DNA of 63,304 nt, counting the filler, from Collodictyon triciliatum (lineage: Eukaryota): the NCBI GenBank assembly GCA_043381765.1. It is 5 parts of 5 records of this genome, joined end to end, with 100 filler letters (N's around TTAATTAATTAA, not from the genome) between each part and the next. Parts side by side here need not be neighbours in the genome. Positions count along the whole stretch, not along the records: positions 39,783 to 52,922 come from JBHJMP010002045.1; positions 53,023 to 63,304 come from JBHJMP010002110.1; 3 more parts are not named here. One strand, written 5' to 3'. The notes beneath the pieces were generated by a model that saw only the letters and a list, made by a program, of their open reading frames with translations, was not told the origin of the DNA and made no database searches. Shown in pieces: positions 46,101-59,387 of this stretch (position 1 is its first letter; every line of letters starts with the position of its first letter). A program made the translations under genes and the position numbers.

Positions 46101-47529
46101 AAGTTGCGTTTCAAAAATAAATATACTTGAAAAAAATATAAATATGAATTTAATTACCTTCGAAGAGAAACGGTGTTGACATAATTGTGAATAACGATTT
46201 TGCATTTTCATATCTTTCTTCAGATGTTTTCTGGTAAGAAAAAAATCATTTAATCGATTATTATAGAACTAGACGTTCTTGCTTCAAAAGCAATCAAGAC
46301 TATAACATGTGTATCAACGTTGAAGGGCCGTAAAAAAACTACGCAGGTACATACACCAAAGCTGAACTCAGTCTTGACGCTTGATTGGATAAGAAACCAG
46401 AGGACGTGTTGTATGACATCTTATAAGAAAGGCGTTTTTTGTTTGCATTGAGGGAAATGCGGATAAAATCAGAGAAAAGAATGTTGAAAAAATACAACTC
46501 TGGGCACTCTCAATATAAGGTAGGGAGACGGATATTTTTATCTTCAGAACAGCTGATATATATAATAATTTTAATACGAGTGGGGATATATGTATGTAAA
46601 GGCAATCTGTTATAAAATATCGACTACTAACCATCAAAACTGTCATGAATTGGGTAACTGTCAGGGTGATCCTTTGGCTGTTTGTACACTTTTGTATGAA
46701 GCCAACGTCGAATAATGTCTTGATTTTCCTTCACTAGACCCTCCTGGGAAATAGGTTGCTCCCTATAACCAAGCCATATGAGTGTGCAATAAAAAAAAAC
46801 CCCCCTCAAAACCAACACGAATTTCATCGAATAGCCCATAAAACAGCCGTAGGTAATGAAAAGATATATCAATAGTAATCATAATAATAACAATAATAAT
46901 ATCGAATGGAGGAAAATAAAAAAAATAAATCAAAGAGAAAATTAAAGAGACGCATATAATAACGATAAAACTTCTTTTTTTTCTTACGGAAGAGCGCGAG
47001 AATGATAATTGCCAAGCTGCCCCTGCGCCACCACATCTATAAGCATGGCAAGCAGAAAGCCGTCGCGCATGTCGTTGTGAATATCCCGGGCACGAAGCCC
47101 TATCTTCTCCAACTGGTAGTTTGACCAGACTAGCAGGGCCTATGAAAAGTGTGAGGAATATTCATAAGGCACCCTGAATATTAAAAAAAAAAATTGAAAA
47201 CAACGGAGGAAAGCCACGGTACACCATATAAAGAGTAGGCAAAACGCATGTAAGTACTTTAATAAAGAAACAAGAAAAATAGAGGTAATAATAATAATAC
47301 TACTACTAATAACGCTAGAAGAGAATAAGGAAAGGGAAAGGGAAAGGGAAAGGGAAAGGGAAAGGGAAAGGGAAAGGGAAAGGGAAGAGGTGGCCACCTT
47401 GTCGACATCCTCGGCCGACTCAGGGGACTGCGGCATGGCCCGGCCTATGCGGATCTGCGCCTCGTGCGATAGCTGCGTGGGCGCCCGAGCGAGCGTGTCA
47501 AACAGAGCCTCAGTCAGTGGACCGATCCG
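40181..47529 (-). CDS. Paralogous NLR-like STAND protein: CH - DUF4062 - NACHT/AAA - TPRs (3'-partial; start uncertain, possibly up to about 48200)
   Basis: ALLVWSNYQLEKIGLRARDIHNDMRDGFLLAMLIDVV (CH domain), RVVRVYLSSTFQHMQKER, FVDLRWG, Walker A AQPGFGKSS, IFYHFVGCTN, Walker B LIILIDGLNQ, and TPRs (DHPIMATSLQSLGHIL). Exons correspond closely to those of 16603-25162. Confidence 0.85.
41315..41340 (+). mobile_element. Micro-insertion CTTTGAATCGAATAAAGG-A8 with degenerate 15-bp TSD
   Basis: TCCAGAACTGCGTTA versus TCCAGAGATGCGCTA (12/15 identical). Confidence 0.65.
43136..43166 (-). mobile_element. Micro-insertion, reverse-strand copy (CCTTTGAATCGAATAAATG-An)
   Basis: Same core on the minus strand with degenerate flanking duplication CCTTATCATGTGTT / CCTGTCATGTATT. 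Confidence 0.55.
44342..44366 (+). mobile_element. Diverged micro-insertion (TTTGAATCGAATGAAGTGGGGAA) with 12-bp TSD
   Basis: CAATATTGTTTG occurs at 44330-44341 and 44367-44378. Confidence 0.55.
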
Positions 47530-47710
47530 CAGGATGAAAAAGCAAGTAACTCCCCTCCTCGCAAGCACAAAAACACACACATATATATATACACATACGC
47601 GCACGCATACACAAAGAAACACAGTATATTCTCGCTGGGAGTGCGTATATATATACATACGCACATTCTTATGGATGCAGATACACATATTGATAAATAG
47701 AAAGAGATAT

Positions 47711-47727
47711 TCGAATAAAGGGGAAAA
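47711..47727 (+). mobile_element. Shortest micro-insertion (TCGAATAAAGGGG-An) with 16-bp TSD
   Basis: AAATAGAAAGAGATAT versus AAATAGAAGGAGATAT (15/16 identical). Confidence 0.6.
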
Positions 47728-48252
47728 AAATAGAAGGAGATATGGAAATGGGTATGCATGTGCTGGGCGAATTACAGACACGCGCGCGGAAGGCACGGGC
47801 CGATCACCGTGCACCCGCCCGCACGCACGCAATCACAGTCGCGAGCCGATCACCGTGCGGGTCCAATCGCAACCCCCGGCGTGGCTCTCCCACACAGACT
47901 CAGACACAGGCACATACACAACACAACACCGCCCGTGCGCCTGTGGACATCCTCCTCGCTGGTGTGATGCTTGGGGCCGCCTGCAGGCACGGGAGGCACC
48001 TATGTGTTAGAACGCCTGGAATGGCAAATCTCAGTGCTATGTGTTTGCACGTATATATATCCCTGTGCTTAACTGGCAGGTGTTGTGGGCGCGTGTCCCT
48101 CTTTGCCTTCTCTGCATTTACCTTTGGTTTATTTGGTGGTGTTGTTGTTTTTCTTTTTGTTTTTCTGGAATAGGCGCATTCGCGTGCGGCTGTTCGGTAG
48201 GCGTTAAGCAATTAAATAAAGAAAAAAAAAAGAGGAAATCCTATAATTATTG

Positions 48253-48283
<31 letters not shown>

Positions 48284-48990
48284 TGTTTTTTTGGTACTGT
48301 ATTTTATTTTTGACTTGTTGAATGTTTGGTTGAAACGGAAACTTGGCACGAGCTCTGTTGTCTTTTTGTTGTGATTGGCTTTCTGCTTTTTGTTTTTCAG
48401 CCCGTTTTATTTTTTTAAACCTCTGCTTCTTGTGTGGCCAAGTATATATGGAAATTGGCCGGGTAATATTCGCACAATTAACAGATTGGTTATTTAGGAG
48501 ACATTGGTGGGAAATATCCGGGGCGTGGGCTAGACTTGTTCTTATATATACTAATTGTTCAGGTTCATGCTATTATTGATACAATAAATTATATATATGA
48601 ATTTTACAAACTAGGAATTGTAAAAGTATATAATTTCCACAATTGTAAAAGCAAAGAGCCCTTTATCTAGCGATTAATAACAAAGAAAATGTATTCAAGT
48701 CAAATATGGAAATTATAATATAAATACTTTTTACATTTATATTAAGCTATTTAATTCATATATATCGTTTTCTTATATTATATAATTAACTTATAATATA
48801 TATACACAATTCTCTTTCTTCCCACCACCCTGATTTGTGTTTACTGAGATCGTGGCCATCCTGCGATCAGCCAACACGCATCCTTTTCGCTTCCGGTCTA
48901 TTGAAAGTAAATCACTGAATATAGGACATAAAACAAAGGAATAACAAATATAAAAAGTAGCATATTACTCATAGTGGACTTGCTAGGCTT

Positions 48991-51900
48991 ATGGAAGATA
49001 ATACCACGACTGACACGCCTTCCATTACGGGGGAAGAATCCTTCTCTAAGCTGTCAGAAGATGGAGACAATTGTCTTGTCCACGGAAATGTAAGAGTTGT
49101 CATGTCGGATTATTTCATTTTCTTTTTCTTCTTCGAACTTTCGTTTCTTTTCATAATTTTATCCCCCACTTTCTACATACCCATTCAAAGAAGAATTAGG
49201 AATATATTAAGGACGTGTGACCCACACGTCTCCTACTTTTGTAATGCGAGCTCTGATACTCTGACTTATTCTTTGCTCATTTTCAAAAGCGTCCCGTTAC
49301 TATTCCCGTGTTCTCTTTTGTATTCCCCCCTAAAGAAAAAAAAAAAAAGGAAAAGAAAAGCATCTTGTGTTCACATTAATCCCTTCTCCATTTATCATGA
49401 CTTACATACTGAAATGATCGTATTCACATGCGGGCAGTATTCGGGAGCGTTAGAATGTTACTTGAGCGCCTTAAAGATGCAGCCTGGAGACGCTAAAGTT
49501 AATAATAATACAGGCCATGTATACGTCGCAATGGTACATTTAAAATCTTTCTTTAAGTGTAGTTTAATATATGTATTAGGATATCAGACAAGTAGGAAGG
49601 AAAGCTATGTATAGTTTTCTGTTACACTTTTTTTTTAAAAAAAAACAAACAAACAAACAAACAAACAAACAAACAAACAAACAAACAAACAACCTAATCT
49701 ATCGACAATAATGTAGACCAACCATGAATTTTATTTATCCAGGGTCGTTCTGATTTGGCGATAAAACACTTTCAAGTTGCAGTTGATAGCGAACCAGAGC
49801 TACTAGAATGTCATCACAATTTGGTTAAATCGTTGATGACAGTGGGCAGAGTACAGGATTGTTTGGATGCTGTTCGAACTGGACTCTCTGTTCATAGAGG
49901 TAACTAGATTTCATATTTGCTATACAGACGCTCATTTGCGTATTTGGCCCGAGCAAAACTCAAAAGGTATGCCTCAAGTCCGTGTACGTGTATAACATGT
50001 GGAAAAAACTGGGTATAAAACATATGATGCACTCTTATCTAGATGATATGTACCTGATGATACAGCTGGGTAACATGTGGAGATTACAAGGAAAAGAAGA
50101 AGAGGCCCTTAATCATTTCCACATGCTCCTCGAGAAATATGAATGTCGTATACTCCGGAAGAGACAGGAAAAGTATGTTAATAGTATACTCCATATCCAC
50201 TATCTTTCAATATTCGGGGTTTAAAACTTTCAACACAAAGATAGTTGCCATTCATGTCTGTCGTATCTAAAAAAATCTAAAATCTGTGAGAAGCCTCCTT
50301 ATTCAGACACATAACTTTTTCCTTTTTGAAAAAAAAAAAGAGAGCATGAAGATGCTCTTGAGGCTGACGAAGACGCTCCAATCATTCCGAAGGAAAGCAC
50401 TGTAGTTGAGTATACTGAGGAAGAAAGTAGACACCTCGCCATGATCCACCATAAAATAGGCGTAGTTCATGCAGCCAGTAAGAGACTTGACCAGTCACTA
50501 GAGGCTTTTATGAAGGCTCACGATTTGCATCCAACAAGCTGTGAGGTGCTGAGAGACCTCGGGAAATTGTATTTCCAAATGCGCAAATTCCAAGTAATCT
50601 CTTTATTTTATGACTGGAATAATTATATATTATTCAATATTAAAGAACTAATTCAGACTAATTTATTAATCTATTATATTTCTATTTTACATGAATCGCA
50701 GTCAATATGAAATCAAGTATATTGAGTAGAATACATTTGGTAAAAAAAAAAAATCCTTTCAACCCCTGGTATAATAGGAGTCCCATAATTTTTACAAAAA
50801 ACTTCTCTTTATCGACCCTACGAACGCTGAGGCTCACACAGGCCTCGGTCTCTTAATGCTTGAAGAAGCCAAAGTAAAGACTGATGATGCCTTCAAGTCA
50901 TTTCAGAGGGCTCTTGATTCCAACCCACTTGATATTGCACAGGTAATTTTTTTTTTTTTGGTTTATGTAGTGTTAATATGGATTCTCGCATGGCAACATA
51001 TATGATGTTTCCAATCATTTATGTTGACATATGAGTTGGTATTTTTCGCCAGGTAATTTTTTTTTCAAAGAAAATTGACTAGTCGTAATTGAATTTCATT
51101 TACTTAAACTTCTCTGTGAAACCCAGGCTCATTTTAATATGGCGAGTGCACTGCATAAAAATAGCATGATAGACGAAGCAATTGCCCATTATGAAGAGGC
51201 TTTAAAAGTATTATCATACGATACTGGAAACCTATTTTCCTTGTGATATACATATGTAATACGTAGTCTCAAAGTTACATTACCTACAGATAATTTGATG
51301 TTGCTTTTCATTAATAGATTGATCCAAATTATGCACCAGCTTTGAATAATCTCGGGTTAATATTGGAAACGCAAGGAAACGTTGAAAGAGCGTGCGATAA
51401 TTATCGAAGAGCTGTAGACATAAATCCAAATGACGAACGATCCCTTTTTAATCTAGCCAATACGCTTTATCGATTAGGTATGCTTTTTTTTTTAAAAAAA
51501 AAAAGTGACAATAAACTTATATAAATATTTAGGAAATGCTATACTATTTTTCTTTACATATCGCATATTACATGTTCTACATGGCACATAATGTGGCGTG
51601 CTACAACTCGTACTAGCCCTGCAGTTCTTTTGATACTAAATTTAATTATGATAAAACCTATAGAACGACTGGACGAGGCTATGGCTTGTTATGAAAGGGT
51701 AAAGTCTTTCCGTGCTTTCATCTATGTTCTTCGCACAAATCTTACACTCGTTTTTTTTTTTTTTTTTTATTGAACCTTTTCCTCTCAAACTAGGTTCTGC
51801 GGATAAACAGAGAGAATGCGGTTGCATGGAACTATCAAGGTCTTGTGTACACGGATTTAAGACAGTATGACAGGGCCATCGCTTGTTTCCAAAACGCCAT

Positions 51901-51991
51901 TCGCCTTCGTCCGGAATTAATCATGGTTCATGAAAACGTTCGCCGTGTTCTTCAACTCCAGCAAGGAGAATACTACTGCACGATAGCGTAG
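48991..51991 (+). CDS. Multi-exon TPR-repeat protein ending in CaaX (CTIA)
   Basis: Canonical TPRs: ALECYLSALKMQPGDAKVNNNTG, AHFNMASALHKNSMIDEAIAHYEEALK, ALNNLGLILETQGNVERACDNYRRAVDINP. Last exon 51794-51991 ends QQGEYYCTIA*. Confidence 0.8.
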
Positions 51992-52242
51992 GGCAACATA
52001 GCAATTTTTTTTTTTTTTTTTGTAGTTCGCCCATTCATCGATTTTTTCTCTCTTTCTTCTTTTTCTTTCCTTTTCTTTCTCTTTCTTCTTTTTCTTTCCT
52101 TTTCTTTCTCTTTCTTTCTCTTTCTTTCTCTTTCTTTCTCTTTCTTTCTCTTTCTTTCTCTTTCTTTCTCTTTCTTTCTCTTTCTTTCTCTTTCTTTCTC
52201 TCTTTTCCTTTTCCTTTTCCTTTTCGGACGCATTCTCTCCTT

Positions 52243-52886
52243 TCAGTTTGATGCAAGCGCATAAGCCGGTATAAACTCGAGAGAATATGCTGCAATCCTC
52301 CATAACACAGGCTCCACTGAAAGGAAGCGATTGTCAAATGTCTCTCGAACTGCTGTGTCATGTCCTTTGTGATGCTCATACAAACGACTGGCCAGAAATA
52401 CCTTCATGGAATCCATTCGAGTATAACTCTGTTATGTACATGATAGGGATAGCAAGGAAAATATTATCACTATGTTTCCAGTAGAGGGGTATGCGCATCA
52501 TTTCCACTGCTATGATTTGATTATTATATTTTTTTAGCGATGTGAGGTTTGTTGAATCAAACGGTGTGTTTTCCCAATAAATTCGTTTCTTTTCTATTAC
52601 GCTTCTCTTTTCCTGCCAAAGGAGAGAGGGGATAAAAAAGTGCTGTTACGAAAAGTGGACAAAATGAGTTTCTAAAGGGAAAGAAATGGGGATATTTGTC
52701 CCATGTCGCCATACCAAGATAACTCAAAAGGGTCAAACTAATATTCGATCTGCTGGGCAATCCTTTCTTTTTGTATTTATTTTAGAATTCAATCTTATAA
52801 TGAGAGTTGGTAGAAGGGAACAAGATAATAATTCTCGAAGTATGGACACTCCAGGATTCATATCAGATGCCGCGCAACTACGGTAG
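52243..52886 (-). CDS. Possible 3' exons of an unidentified gene cut by the contig end
   Basis: Minus-strand exon-like segment ending ...VLWRIAAYSLEFIPAYALASN*, with further exon-like blocks upstream. No family recognised. Confidence 0.3.
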
Positions 52887-52922
52887 TGACAGACGTCTCT
52901 TTTTTTTTTTTTTTTTTTTTTT

Positions 52923-53022
52923 NNNNNNNNNNNNNNNNNNNNNNNNNNNNNNNNNNNNNNNNNNNNTTAATTAATTAANNNNNNNNNNNNNNNNNNNNNN
53001 NNNNNNNNNNNNNNNNNNNNNN
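52923..53022. other. Artificial contig spacer
   Basis: N44-TTAATTAATTAA-N44. Confidence 0.98.
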
Positions 53023-54083
53023 CATTCATGCATCATGATCAAAGCGTACGACCTGTCATTACTGAACGACCTTAGAATTGAGCATGGAGCGCTGCTTACT
53101 GACATATCTGTGAATGTCTATCAATTGACAGAAAACCTTGACTTAACTAATTGCCGCGCTTGGTTTGGGCATGTCGAAAACCTACCAAGTAAATTCCCTC
53201 GGATTATTTTACTTATTACATCGCATTTAGTATACCAACCAATTTTTCAAAGAAAGAGATGAAATCACTGAAACCTAACTGAATTTATGTTAATTTTGTT
53301 AAAACTGATAGAAAATTTCTGTTTAATACATCTACTGATTTTGAGTGTAATTATTATAGCTCTTTCTGTGCTGTCGTTCGATGAAAAGTCACCATTAGTG
53401 CCGTTGCAATGGAATCTGAAACTAATGTTCGAAGGTTGTATGTTTTTTTTTTATTTCCAGACTATTGCTGAATAATGCATCTGTGGAGAAAACAACCGAT
53501 ACATCGAAATTGAAAAAAGTGAATGAAAGAAAAATTGATACATTGAATAAAATTGAAATAAATATAGAGAGAATGATTCCTCCCATTGCTCTCGATTTCG
53601 ATGAGATCGGGTCGAACATTTCATCCTCAACGATGCGTCTTGTGAGCCTTGTATCCCATCCCAGTGAAAAGATGGTTGATGTAATTCCACCAAATGTAAG
53701 GAATTTTCTTTTTTTTCCTCTTCCCCTTTTCTTCTGATTGTTAGTACATGATGTAGAGGTTGATGATAGAGTGCATTTGGTATTTCCGATTCATCATATA
53801 TTGAATATGTGTCTTAAATTTTAGTATTTTTATGGTGTTGTGATGTTTACAAATGTCCCTTTTCATTTTTTTTTTAAATTAGGGACTCATAGCTGCTCTG
53901 TCTTTGCGATGGATTATAGCCAATAACCGCTTGAACAAGTTGAATATTTCAGAGCTAGAGTTTGATGCTCTACTCTTTGCTTATTTGGTCCTTCAATGTG
54001 GTTTGACTGGTAAAATCTCATTTTCTTCCGCTTTAACTTTTCACTATTTTTTTTTTTTTTTGATGTTTCTGAACGATGCGTAG

Positions 54084-54144
<61 letters not shown>

Positions 54145-54441
54145 ATATGAGGCTTTCCATAACACGATAAAACTTGACCTCGAATGTATACCATTTGTTA
54201 CCATCTATGTGCTTTATATGCAACATATTTAATTCCTTGCATTTTTATAGGTAAAATCAGATATCGCTGGCCAGCCCTAACGTTCAGGTCACTACAGTTG
54301 AGCTCGTATTATTGTATCGTCTCAATTCTTATGATGAATCTGAATAAGGTTAGATATTATCAATACCGGAAAGGCAAATCAATTAATTTATTTTGTTAGG
54401 AATCATAGCTGGAAGAAATGACATAGTAATCAACCCCGGGT

Positions 54442-54489
<48 letters not shown>

Positions 54490-55367
54490 GTGTAAATAAA
54501 AAAAGATAAATTTTGCCACTGCTTACAGTGTACAGGACTCCCAGGAGGATTTTCGTCCTTGTCTCTGTCGAAATCTTACGAGGGGAACACTTTCTTAACT
54601 GTGTAAAATGTTTTAATACGATATCATTTCTGTTAAAAGGACTAAAACATACACAACTGCTGGTACATTTTGTATATTGCAGCATGTATGCCAATATAAT
54701 TGCTAAAGGCACACCACACATGCGCTCTTGGACCCTAATATAGTTTAAAAATTAAATAAGGCTCACCGAGGAATTTTTGAAAGAGCTGCAGGATTCTCGC
54801 CTGGGTTACCAACGAGCTAGTTTAACTTGGTCGCTGGAATCCATTTTACACGCACCAATATCATACAATGGAAAAAGTACAACTCTGTCTGTCATGATGG
54901 ACCAATGGAAGAGTGCGATTCTGGACAATATGCCGCACCATTTTGCTCCTCACAATGCTGAAGCGTACAGTGGCGCTGTCTTACCATCACAAGGGGTGTA
55001 TACCAAATCCAGAGAAAATGTGTATGGTGCAGACGCCAGGTCAATAAACTGGTTTAGGCCAAAGCCCCAAATCCCTCCTCAAACTGGGTTTATATGCGAT
55101 GCAACTTTAAACCCAGCTCGTTTACCAGACGTACCCATCTTGGATTTGACTCAAAGAGTGAGAGAGCCTAATGCTTCAGATTCTATGTGGAGGCAGAGGC
55201 CAACTCCATCCACACCACCGCGCAGCGAAACTACTCTTCAAACACAGACAGTTGAGGAAAAGGTCAAAACGGGCGAACCTGAAAGCTCCGGCAAAGGAGC
55301 AAAGGAGGATGCCGACGGGTGGGCCACGGTTGGTGGGAAGGGAAGGGCGAAGGGAAATAAACATTAG
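53023..55367 (+). CDS. 5'-partial multi-exon gene; the C-terminal region resembles Asteroid/FAM120 (PIN/XPG-fold family)
   Basis: Exons LIAALSLRWII..ISELEFDALL, RSLQLSSYYCIVSILMMNLNK and SLSKSYEGNTFL echo the ELDAFL/RGIQLS/FDGKLF pattern of FAM120. Terminal exon 54761-55367 ends DGWATVGGKGRAKGNKH. Family call is from memory of motifs only. Confidence 0.4.
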
Positions 55368-55853
55368 GCTCCGGCGGGTCATTGCAAAGGCAGGGATTTT
55401 ATTCAGAAGCTGGTTCGTTGAAACTCTCGTTGTGGCTCGGTCATTTAAGACAATAAAACTGCAAAAGTCTACCCTAACCAAGTTCTATAATCTTTAATTT
55501 TTTCCTTTCTACGTCATCTTCTTCCTGCCACCGTAATTGCCATCTTCTCGTTTGAGATCCACACAAAAATGAGCATTCCAACAGAGAGGGTTCATATTAT
55601 CATTGCCTTTGGAATTCATTTAATATTGTGTCGCAATTTTAATTACTTTATATATTACTTAAAACTTCAAGAATTAGATATATGATTTACACCAGGATTA
55701 TATACGCAAGACTGAAAAGCATCCAATACAAACGAATAGATAAATGGAGGCTCTTATCTCATTTGGTGGGAGCTTAATTATTTGGTTAAGTTTTACAATT
55801 AGTTCATTAGTGTTACCATTTATTGGCGAGATTTCTAGGTATAATACTCTGAC

Positions 55854-58428
55854 TCAAGAGCTTTTGTTTTCTACGTCAAAAGACCTTTCAAGTTCCGTTT
55901 CTATTTTCCTCATTTTCTTGGGGTCGATGGGCACTCGTATAGCCGATTGAATCAAATCTGAAACCGGTGGAAGTTTGTGGGGAAGCGACCTTGATTGGAG
56001 AACCGCGCATAATAAATTATTTTCTTCAGGGTTTGAAGAGGACGAGACTAATTATTTGATGTAAGAAATGGAATAAAAAGTGTGGACATAAATTGAAATA
56101 TTGTCAAAAAAACTCGAACTTGAAATAGCAAAGGATTTCTTCGAAGCACAGAGTTATAACTTCATCTATAAATTATATTATTCAAGGATTAGGCGAGATG
56201 ATTGAATTGACTAAGTTGATTTTCTCTCAAACCCCAACTTAGGTTCAAAAAAAGAAAGAAAAAAAGAAGCAATTAATCTAAAGCAGTTTAATATGAGCCG
56301 AATAAAGGTAAAGAATGAAAAGCGATCCTTTATATATATTCTCCTGCCTTCACAAATTTTCATTAAAGCAAGCGCCATTTTGATGAGGAAATGAAGGTCT
56401 CTTTGAATTATGATGACATCCCATATCCTTAAAACCACTAGCATGGTTACCCAAAGTTTAGCACATCAACTAGAATACTTTCCCATGAAATTTCTTGGTG
56501 AGAATGTTGGAGGGGACAATTACCTTCCGTGGGAAAATCATACGAAAAAAGTGTGATGAACCAGTGATTAACAAAAATGCTGGGTTCAATGTTGAATCTT
56601 TTCTGCAAATATAAAATAGAGGGGATGGATCAAATGTCTTTTAAAATTTGAAATTATATTCCAGTATTTATTTTATTGTAACAAATAATTTCTTGTTATC
56701 ATAGTTTTACAAAATAAAAAAATAAAAAAGAAAGAAAAGCAACATGAATATAAAGTGATTTAGGGAGATTATGGTAACAAACGAAGTGAGCGTAAAGTCG
56801 TGGGGACTGTCTCTGAAGGAGGAAATCAAACTAGACGATTGCAATAGCTTTAAGCATTTCTGGATGACATACATAATATACAACCACATACATACCTTGG
56901 TCATCATGGTTCTTAGAAACCGCGAGTCTTTTTTGAAAAACAATCCTAGCTGACAACTCCTCATTAATTGTACAAAGGCCCAGAAAGTCTCCTATAGAAA
57001 GCGTTAAGCAGATTTGAGAGAAAAAAAACTGCACACACTTGGAATATGTTTTTCGATGTCTTTTCCTTTTTCAAAATTTAAAGCTCTAAGCATACTTCCG
57101 AGTTCATCAGAGCTAATAGGATAGCTGCTATAAAGTTCATTCCCTGACAGTATCCAATAGATGGATCGAACACGGAATATGCTTTCAATATGTTTTTCAA
57201 GCGTTTTCTCCTTTTAATTTGAGTGTTATTATGTAGTGTAAGAGTAGTTTACTTTCAATGGTAACATCTCCAGTGGTTATCCTTGATTGGATACCCAAGA
57301 AATACTATTCGCAGAGAAATGCATGCAAAAATATTAAATGCTACCCGTCTGATCCATCCTGGAAAAGTGGGTGATCCGGAAAAGTACGACTCACATCATT
57401 ATCTATACGTGATTCCACTTGGCTGGGTTTGCCACTTAGGTACTATTGCATCAGCAGTATTCGCATATGGTAAGCTTAGATAATATTTTAAAAATGTTTT
57501 ATCAATTAATTTAGAGACATGCTGAAAACCTCAAAGACCCCCGGATTTTTTGAGATAAGTGCATGACAATTTGTAATTCTTATCCATGCTTCCGCCCGAC
57601 ACTCGACAGGGAATCCTCTCCACATCAAGTTTCGAAGCTAAAAAAAAACACTTTCATAAGATTTATGTGACTTTAAAATTAGGCAAAGTATGAGTGTTAT
57701 GGAGGTTTCTTTTCTTTTCTCTCTTTTTTTTTTTATAAAAAAAAACAATTAGAGAGCTTGAAAAAAAAGAAAGAATAGAATAGAGATGCTGAGAAGAAAG
57801 TACGCATTCATTAGACGAAGATTCTTGATTCCAGCAGAATTCCAACGAATCCCACTCTTGTTCCTTTAGTGAAGTTATAGAGGATGTAGAATTGGGTCCA
57901 CTATCCTGCGTGCCATCTGATTTCGTGGATGTGCCTTGGATATTTGAGCGAAAGGGCGATGTGACTTCAAAACCAAATGAAGGAATAAAAGAAGTAGGAG
58001 TGGTCGAAAACCAATTCGAAATTGAAGTTGTCCAAAAATATGTCCGTGGGGACAACAGAGATGCTGCACTGGCAGGGGGATGTGAGGAGGGGTTTTCAAA
58101 GTCTTTTGTAGGGGTAAGAGCCCTTCTGTTGCTTGCAGGGTCATGCTCCACAACAAGGTTGGGCGTCGATGCCGAGTGGGACCCCTGAAAGAGTTTGTGA
58201 GGCAGCTGAGGCCGGGATGAGAGGTCTGCATTTATTCTTGGAGGAATGTCAGGTGTGCCACCGAACGAAGATGATGGGTGCGGGGTCTATGACAAGGAGA
58301 GCGGTGAGTTACTCAGAGCCGTCGGGATGACAGGCGTGTCCCCAACAACTAGATGATGTGGACTGGAAAGTGGCGCCGCTATTTTCATGATGCCGAATAT
58401 ATTGGCACTGCGAACTAGGGGTGACCAG

Positions 58429-58506
<78 letters not shown>

Positions 58507-59002
58507 CAAATGAAGGAAAACAAAGTGAGGGCGTCGGCTACAGACGTAGAGGGTTGCAGAGCGCTTATCCCGCAGTGCCTCTTGGGAGTCGGTGTGGAGA
58601 GCCCCAGGGCGCCGCGTGGTGAACTTTGGCGGGGGAGGCTTCTGCTCCTTCGGGGGCGGCGGCCTTTCGGGCTCCACAAGACTTGCGGGGGAGTCTGGCA
58701 CAGGGGCAGCGGGCGGTGTTGGGCGGGGCTGCAGACCACCCAGGTCGAAGCTGGAGCTCCGGGAGGAGCGCGGCTGCAGGTTCTCAAAGAGCTCCTTGAC
58801 CTGGACACGAAGGGCGTCAGAGGCGCGGGTGTGCAGGCGCAGAGAGGGCAGGAGAGCAGACACTCGCCTGGTGGCCGAAGCCAAAGATGTTTGCATCCTC
58901 GTCGGATTCGATCGACCAGCGCAGGGAACTGACGATCCAGTCGCCCGAGTCCCGTCGCTCGCTCAGGGGGCGGTCGGGCAGGAAACGATGCTCCCCCGTC
59001 AT
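55854..59002 (-). CDS. TBC-domain Rab GTPase-activating protein (multi-exon; start may extend to 59300)
   Basis: LMWRGFPVECRAEAW, RTFPDHPLF, AYSVFDPSIGYCQGMNFIAAILL, TFWAFVQLM, WFITLFSYDFP and LRIWDVII. Pro/Ser-rich N-terminus. Confidence 0.9.
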
Positions 59003-59387
59003 GACAGCCTGGGCTCTGCTGCAGAGGCGCCAACTCCTGTGTTTGGTGTCTAATGTGGTGTGAGTCGCCCTGCGCAGCGTTTGCGGAGAAGCACGCCGCC
59101 CACAGATGGCTGCACGCACCTCCTGACGACCGGGTCTGCCTGCTGGCGCCGCGGCAAAAGAGGCGCACACACCTGGAGCCGCCGTGGGAAGGGCACAGGG
59201 AGTCGCCTGTCAGCTGGGACGACCGGGTCAGCTTGCGGCGCTGCCGGGCATCGTGGGTTCGGGGTGCAGAGAAGTCATGATTTATTTGGATAGTGGACAT
59301 TGCGCTTGTTTGTGTGGCGGTCTGCTGCGTCCTTGGCCCTTTTGGGTGGGTGTGTGCGCCTGGTGTGTGCGCCTGGTGTGCGCCCGG

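Noticed and set aside
16603-47529. Physical immune gene cluster (STAND, WD40-TM, kinase-Sel1, STAND)
   Set aside because: The genes lie on three different contigs joined by artificial spacers. Only WD40-TM and kinase-Sel1 are truly adjacent.
58801-58867. Non-canonical GC-AG intron (CAG|GCGAGT) in the TBC gene
   Set aside because: An in-phase GT donor 6 nt downstream (AGT|GTCTGC) works equally well. It cannot be decided without reads.
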